A DNA stretch of 64,000 bases from Epithemia pelagica (Eukaryota > Protista > Bacillariophyta), in the NCBI GenBank assembly GCA_946965045.2, contig OX337242.1, positions 1,240,001 through 1,304,000 of the forward strand, in the 5' to 3' direction. Shown here in pieces: positions 58,775 through 64,000 of this stretch. The first letter of the stretch is position 1. Every line of letters begins with the position of its first letter. The notes below the pieces were generated by a model. The model saw only the letters and a list, made by a program, of their open reading frames with translations. It was not told the DNA's origin and searched no databases. The translations under genes were made by a program, and so were the position numbers.

Positions 58775-60844
58775 ATGATGCTTCCTTCGTTTGAAAGGGT
58801 CCTTCGTTTGGGCTTGTCCTTCGTTTGGCTCGATTGTTTTGCTAGTGCAACCAGCTTTGACCAAGTGGTGTGGACCTTGACATCTCCCGTTGGTGGTGGA
58901 TATGCGGGTCAAGCCCGATACTATGCTGGGCGTCAACAATTGATTTTGACGGGTACAGTCTGGGACTCGGAGTTTTTGGAACACTCGGCCTGGCACACTT
59001 CTTTGGGACGACGACAAGAACGAAAAGTCTCGGAAGGGCTACCGGCGCATGGATTTTTGGGTGATTCGCAGTGCTTTCTGGCCAGTCTCAACGTGTCGTC
59101 GTCCGACGTCCCAAATGCACTGCCTACATGGACTACCGTGCTCCAGTCTCAAGCGCCACCTCATGCCTGTGGCACTGCCATGGCTCTCCGAGAACAAGAT
59201 ACAGCCGCTCAACTCTTGGTCTTGGGCTATGAGCGACTGCCCGATCCCATTCATACGGATTGGACGACGCGAGTGCAACAATCCTTGACCTTGTGGCAAG
59301 TCCATCCCGATAACCTCGTGCCGGCATCTCCCCTGACTACCACGTTTTCCTTGTACCAAAATGAATTCCATCCCACCAACACGGATTGGACCAGTGTGCC
59401 GTCTCAATATCATCATCAATCCGATTCGTACATTTACTCCATGGAGGCCGTCCCTGGTGAGGCACCCGATACGGTCTTTGTGGCCGTGACGCAAAGTGAG
59501 ACGGTCCCTTCCTGGTTGTACAATATCGGTGAATTCGCCCCAGAGCAGCAACCAGACGACGAAACTCTACATTCGCAATGGTATCAACACCAATTGTCAT
59601 TGGTTCCAGAACTGGCCAATGGAGCTTCCACCGCCTCGTGGCGTGTTCCCATTGTCACGGGAGGAGTCCAACATATCGATGCCGATCATGGTACTGTATT
59701 GTGGTATACCAAATTTACCTACGGGCAGAATACTGCTCCGGGACATGTCATGGTAACCAATGTAGCCTATTTTCCCAATACTCAGGACGGTGCCTCTGTC
59801 TAGGTGGGTGGATCGACACAAGCCAGTGGATCTCTGTTGGGTACGGCCGTGACGGGTATCGCCGATCAATGGGATGGCTTTGTGACAAAATTGAAAGCCG
59901 ACAATGGTCAATTGTGGACGGGTGATGCACAGCAGCAGCAAGATTCTTCGATTCGCATTGCGAGTAGTCAAAATCGTCACGATTGGGTGGTAGCCATCTG
60001 TGGCCAAGGACCAAATCATGCGTATATCGTGGGCACGACGCAGGGCTCGGTGGTGTCGGGAGGCAGCAACAATGACGGTGGAGCCTTTGTCATGCGTCTG
60101 AATGTGGATACCATGACAATCGAATGGACGGTCCAATTGCCTGGCATGGGCGTCGTGGCCACCGCATATGCTATGGATCCTCAAGAACCATCCTCATTGA
60201 CAACGACCAAGAATCTCTTGTATGTCGCAGGCGTCTTGCCAGTGAGACATGCCGGATGGACGGTAAATGGAACGCTTCAGACCACGACATCAAGTACCAG
60301 TAGATCCAGTCAAGATGCCTTTGTCGTTGCCATTGACGTGGATCACATCAAGGGTCAAGTTGAATGGATTCATGAACTGGATTTCTCCAAAAAACAAGAA
60401 TCCATCGCCTCTCTCTCCTTGGACGATCATCATGTATGGGCCTATGGCAATTCGTACGATTCCGACACCCAAGAGAATCAGGTCTTTGTGGTTGCCTTGG
60501 ATCGTGAAGCAGTGCCCAAACAAAACGAGGATGGTTCGCCTGTGCCACAAGAAGAGGAAGCGGACAACAAGGACGACGACAACGATAGCAGTGCAGTGGT
60601 GGTGGCCATTATGGTACCACTGGTGGTATTGGTCGTCGTGGCGTCCGGTTTGGCCATTCTACTGAAACGTCGTGCTCACAATCAAACCACCAAGGAAGAT
60701 TGGCAAACCACCATGCCTCAACATGAGCTGAAACTCCAAGAACAGCAACAACCCCCCGAACAACCAAAAGACGATTCCCACACTTATTCGGGGGAATCCA
60801 CCGAACGGGACTCTGCCAATGATGATACCAAGTCCATTGTGTAG
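58775..60844 (+). pseudogene. Beta-propeller type I membrane protein, copy B, nonsense codon at 59801-59803
   Basis: TAG where copy A has TTG (10859-61); otherwise one continuous frame. Confidence 0.72.
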
Positions 60845-61211
60845 AACACAATATTACGAATAGACAGACCGATAGCTTCAAGGCCTCTTCCCTTGTTGGA
60901 CGGCCTTGTGGGTTTCTCTTCTGTAGAGAATGGGGAAGAATATGATACTTACTCCTAGGAGTAGGAATAGATACTCGTGTGGAAACATAGGAGTAGTTTT
61001 GCGTGTACCCAGGTAGCAAAACTATGGTGATCACAAATCCCCAAATTTTGAAAATATCGACAAGCACCCCCCAAAAAGTATATTGTAGTCCCCCTTTTCA
61101 ACAGTTTGGTCATCGCTGACAAGACGAATTTGCCATTATGCCCGTCACATTGGAGATAAACACAATTGAATCCTATTGTCCAACAAGCAACATCTTGAAC
61201 ACAAACAAGAT

Positions 61212-62210
61212 ATGACACAAGTGAAGCGAAAGAAGAATACGGGTGGGGGAAAATGGATAGTTCGAAGCTCATTGGTCCTTTTACTCGTCGTTCTATGGTT
61301 TGTGGCCATGTTTGGACCATTTCGTTTGTATGACGGTGCTATCGAACGAAATAGTGAAGGAAACGGTTTAGCAAAAGATAGCCTCCTTCTTCGAGGAAAA
61401 CATTACGTCGTGGAAAGCAAAGATGACGACAAGGCTGAAGGCTCGGAAGAAGAAGACGAGGACAAGCCAGATGATGGTGAGAACGTGCGTGATGGCAGCA
61501 CTGATCCGGGAGAAGAAGAAGAAGAGGAGGAGGAAGAAGAAGAAAAGGAAGGGGAGGAAGAAGAAGATAAAGAGAGCGAAGAGGAACAAGAGGAGGAAGA
61601 AGAATCCGTTGCTCGAAGATTGTCCAGTCCACCAAATGAAAATGGCAAGGATATGCTTGTTCCCAAAAGATATGTCATGGAACTTGATGGTTTGGACGGG
61701 CAAGAATCAACCGGAAAGGTGATTATTGAGTCAAGGCCAGGGTGGGCTCCAATTGGCGCTGCCCATTTTGATCAACTGGTGGCAAGTGGATTTTATAATC
61801 AGTGTCGATTTTTCCGAGTTGTTCCCAAGTTTATTGTTCAATTTGGTATCTCGGGAGATCCTTCGATAGAGAAAAAGTGGAGAAAAGACGTGCCCCAGGA
61901 TGATCCTGTCGAGCATTCCAATATTTATGGAACAGTCACATATGCAACGGCGGGGCCCACAACTCGTACCACTCAACTTTTTATCAACCTCAAGGACAAC
62001 ACATTTTTGGATCAACAAGGATTTGCGCCTTTTGCGGAAGTGGTAGAAGGGATGCAATACATCGAGGCCATCAACAAAGAATACGGGGAACGGCCGGACC
62101 AAGGGCAAATCGAACGCGAGGGCAATACATATCTCAACAGGGAGTTCCCAAACCTTTCGTACATTGTCATCGTGTACGAAGAGACTCCCATTGCAAAGGG
62201 CGGAAACTAG
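61212..62210 (+). CDS. Membrane-anchored cyclophilin-type peptidyl-prolyl isomerase with acidic linker
   Basis: TM segment, poly-Glu, then WAPIG, FFRVVPKFIVQFG, RTTQLFINL and GFAPFAEV. Confidence 0.93.
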   Translation: MTQVKRKKNTGGGKWIVRSSLVLLLVVLWFVAMFGPFRLYDGAIERNSEGNGLAKDSLLLRGKHYVVESKDDDKAEGSEEEDEDKPDDGENVRDGSTDPGEEEEEEEEEEEKEGEEEEDKESEEEQEEEEESVARRLSSPPNENGKDMLVPKRYVMELDGLDGQESTGKVIIESRPGWAPIGAAHFDQLVASGFYNQCRFFRVVPKFIVQFGISGDPSIEKKWRKDVPQDDPVEHSNIYGTVTYATAGPTTRTTQLFINLKDNTFLDQQGFAPFAEVVEGMQYIEAINKEYGERPDQGQIEREGNTYLNREFPNLSYIVIVYEETPIAKGGN

Positions 62211-62419
62211 GGGCGCAATAAGGATCAACTTCACAAGGGATGATAGAGAAGGGCTGACGGAAGTTTTACCCGTGACTCGTGACGCTTCATAAAGAGCAAC
62301 ATTCAACAACCTTTCACGTTTTCATTATATTGCATAAACTTCTGTCATTTGTGGTAACTGTAATAGACAAAATATTAAAGATGCATTGAATGTCACTTCC
62401 ATTGTGCTCCCCGATAGTT

Positions 62420-63151
62420 TTAGTCACTGCGACAAGCCACATTTTGAATCCATGAAGAAAGATGATCCTTCGAAAGCGGTCCCAATCGCTGATCAAGCAC
62501 CTGGCCATTGGAACGGTGGAGGACCCATGTAGGGCTTCCTCTGGCCCGAATCGAGTAGAATACATGGGCAATCTTCTCAGGAAGTACTCGTTGGTCAATG
62601 GTATTTAATAGGTTCTGCAATGCATGGTGAGGGATTCCGCCACGCGAAAGGACTTCCCGCTTGACCTGTTCTTTCGTCGCGTCCAGAGCCAACTGAATCA
62701 AGTCATGTGGTGCCTTGTCCTTGTCCACCACAATGTCGTGTGCCACGGGCATGACAAGCTTTTCGTAGTAGCGAGCGGCGGATGAGCCCAAGGCCTGTTG
62801 TGAAACTCCCACCAATTCTTGTTTCTCAAGCATCGCTTTGGCAGATTCGACCGTGTTGTACTCAAAATCTTCAAAGGCAGTCGAGACAACGTATATATCA
62901 ACTGGGAAATGTTGTTCTGGACAATCCTTCGTATTCTTCTTGGCGGCTTGCTGTTCCAGGTATAGGTCGTTGAGAACGGGAAGAGCCGCTTGGTGACAAC
63001 CAGGACAATTGGGTTGAATTAGCAAACAAAGCTTGAGTGCAGACTTGTCCGATCCGTTAATGTCATCCGGTGACCCTTGCAACCAAACCAATGAATCCAG
63101 TGGTGGCATGAATTGTGATGGTGGGGAAGTGGTCGATGAATAATCGCTCAT
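62420..63151 (-). CDS. Thioredoxin-fold (TlpA/redoxin-like) protein
   Basis: QPNCPGC CxxC motif after a beta-strand; AFEDFEYN; RGSPTWVL cis-Pro-like loop. Confidence 0.75.
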   Translation of the reverse strand: MSDYSSTTSPPSQFMPPLDSLVWLQGSPDDINGSDKSALKLCLLIQPNCPGCHQAALPVLNDLYLEQQAAKKNTKDCPEQHFPVDIYVVSTAFEDFEYNTVESAKAMLEKQELVGVSQQALGSSAARYYEKLVMPVAHDIVVDKDKAPHDLIQLALDATKEQVKREVLSRGGIPHHALQNLLNTIDQRVLPEKIAHVFYSIRARGSPTWVLHRSNGQVLDQRLGPLSKDHLSSWIQNVACRSD

Positions 63152-63665
63152 GGTTCCAACACAAAGTCAACAAGTTATGGTATCTGTTCAGTTTGAGATA
63201 TGTAACAAGTTTTGGTGTCTGTTCAGTTTGACATATGTTTTGTGATCATTCTTCCAAGTACGAGGGAGACAAGGAAGATCAAGAGGGTCACATCGTAGAT
63301 TCATTCCTCATGGTTCCTTGATTCAAGTGCAGGAAGTTTGGAGCCCAAAGTCCATCGTCGTGTCATGAAAATGTTGCCCAAGAAGTCTCGTATTATCGTC
63401 CCCCAAATCCCCCAAGCCATACGCGCGCCACGCCACTTGCCGCCGTGGCCCTTTGGAGAGGGTAGAGTTTCCAAGGAGAAGGCATAGCTAAGCAACTGGA
63501 GTAAATACGGATACTCCTACTACCTACAAGCTTTTAGAGCGAAAGTCTCAACCACATTCAGTCTATTATCACGAATTATGATCCCATGACATGTCCTTCA
63601 AACGCATCTTTCTATTCCCGGTACCTGACAAGCCCTTGATTCCTTCGCCTCCAATTTCCCCCCAT

Positions 63666-64000
63666 TCAAATTTGACTTTCAATCATATCCTGGTCCTCTT
63701 CTCGCAGAGATACAATGTAGGAGAGATCCGGAAATTCCTCCATGAGATATTCGTTTCCGCGCTTTTGAATCTTGGATTGATTCGGCTTTTCCTTGTACTG
63801 TGCATTGATTTTGTCCACGTACTCCATACCCTGAAGAACTTGAGCAAAAGGAGCAAAGCCCTCCTTGTCCAAATAAGCGTTATCACGCTTGTTGATGAAA
63901 AGTTGGGTATTGCGGGTGTTCTTTCCCGATGTTGCGTAGGTGATTGTTCCTCTTTGATTGCTTCGTTCTACAGGATCGTCCACCAGCTTGTCGTGTCTGA
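63666..64000 (-). CDS. Second cyclophilin-type PPIase (3' part; 5' end outside window)
   Basis: DDPVERSN.RGTITYATSG..TRNTQLFIN..GFAPFAQV; paralogous to 61212-62210. Confidence 0.9.
   Translation of the reverse strand, partial: RHDKLVDDPVERSNQRGTITYATSGKNTRNTQLFINKRDNAYLDKEGFAPFAQVLQGMEYVDKINAQYKEKPNQSKIQKRGNEYLMEEFPDLSYIVSLREEDQDMIESQI

Larger units (their letters stand above)
47865..61758 (+). repeat. Segmental duplication copy B (left boundary may extend further left)
   Basis: Colinear with 1-20452 minus the insertions. Confidence 0.97.

Overview
Eukaryotic genomic DNA, most likely from a diatom. This is inferred from a CoDi-like Copia element, a plastid-targeting AHAF motif, short GT-AG introns and stramenopile-type cyclophilins. 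A ~14-kb host block occurs twice in direct orientation: copy A at <1-20452 (expanded by insertions) and copy B at 47865-61758. The block encodes two head-to-head ELM2-SANT-PHD genes, a beta-propeller membrane protein and a TM-cyclophilin. Copy A has an in-frame 1092-bp deletion, a mariner insertion carrying a nested MITE, and an internally deleted Copia element inside the cyclophilin gene, and it is truncated 80 bp after that element. Two remarkable DNA transposons lie between the copies. (1) A 14.0-kb piggyBac-like element (20987-35013) is bounded by CTAG and has >2-kb inverted ends built from ~190-bp satellite arrays, an intron-containing transposase with two Tudor-like domains, and a SET + 2OG-Fe(II) dioxygenase cargo gene. 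(2) A 6.4-kb element (38096-44477) has CACTACG heptamer-like TIRs and encodes a RAG1/Transib-like DDE recombinase convergent with a partner gene that has a BAH-like N-terminus. A DUF1995-like plastid gene, a solo LTR, a thioredoxin-like gene and a second cyclophilin complete the window. All calls come from manual motif and alignment reading; no searches were run.
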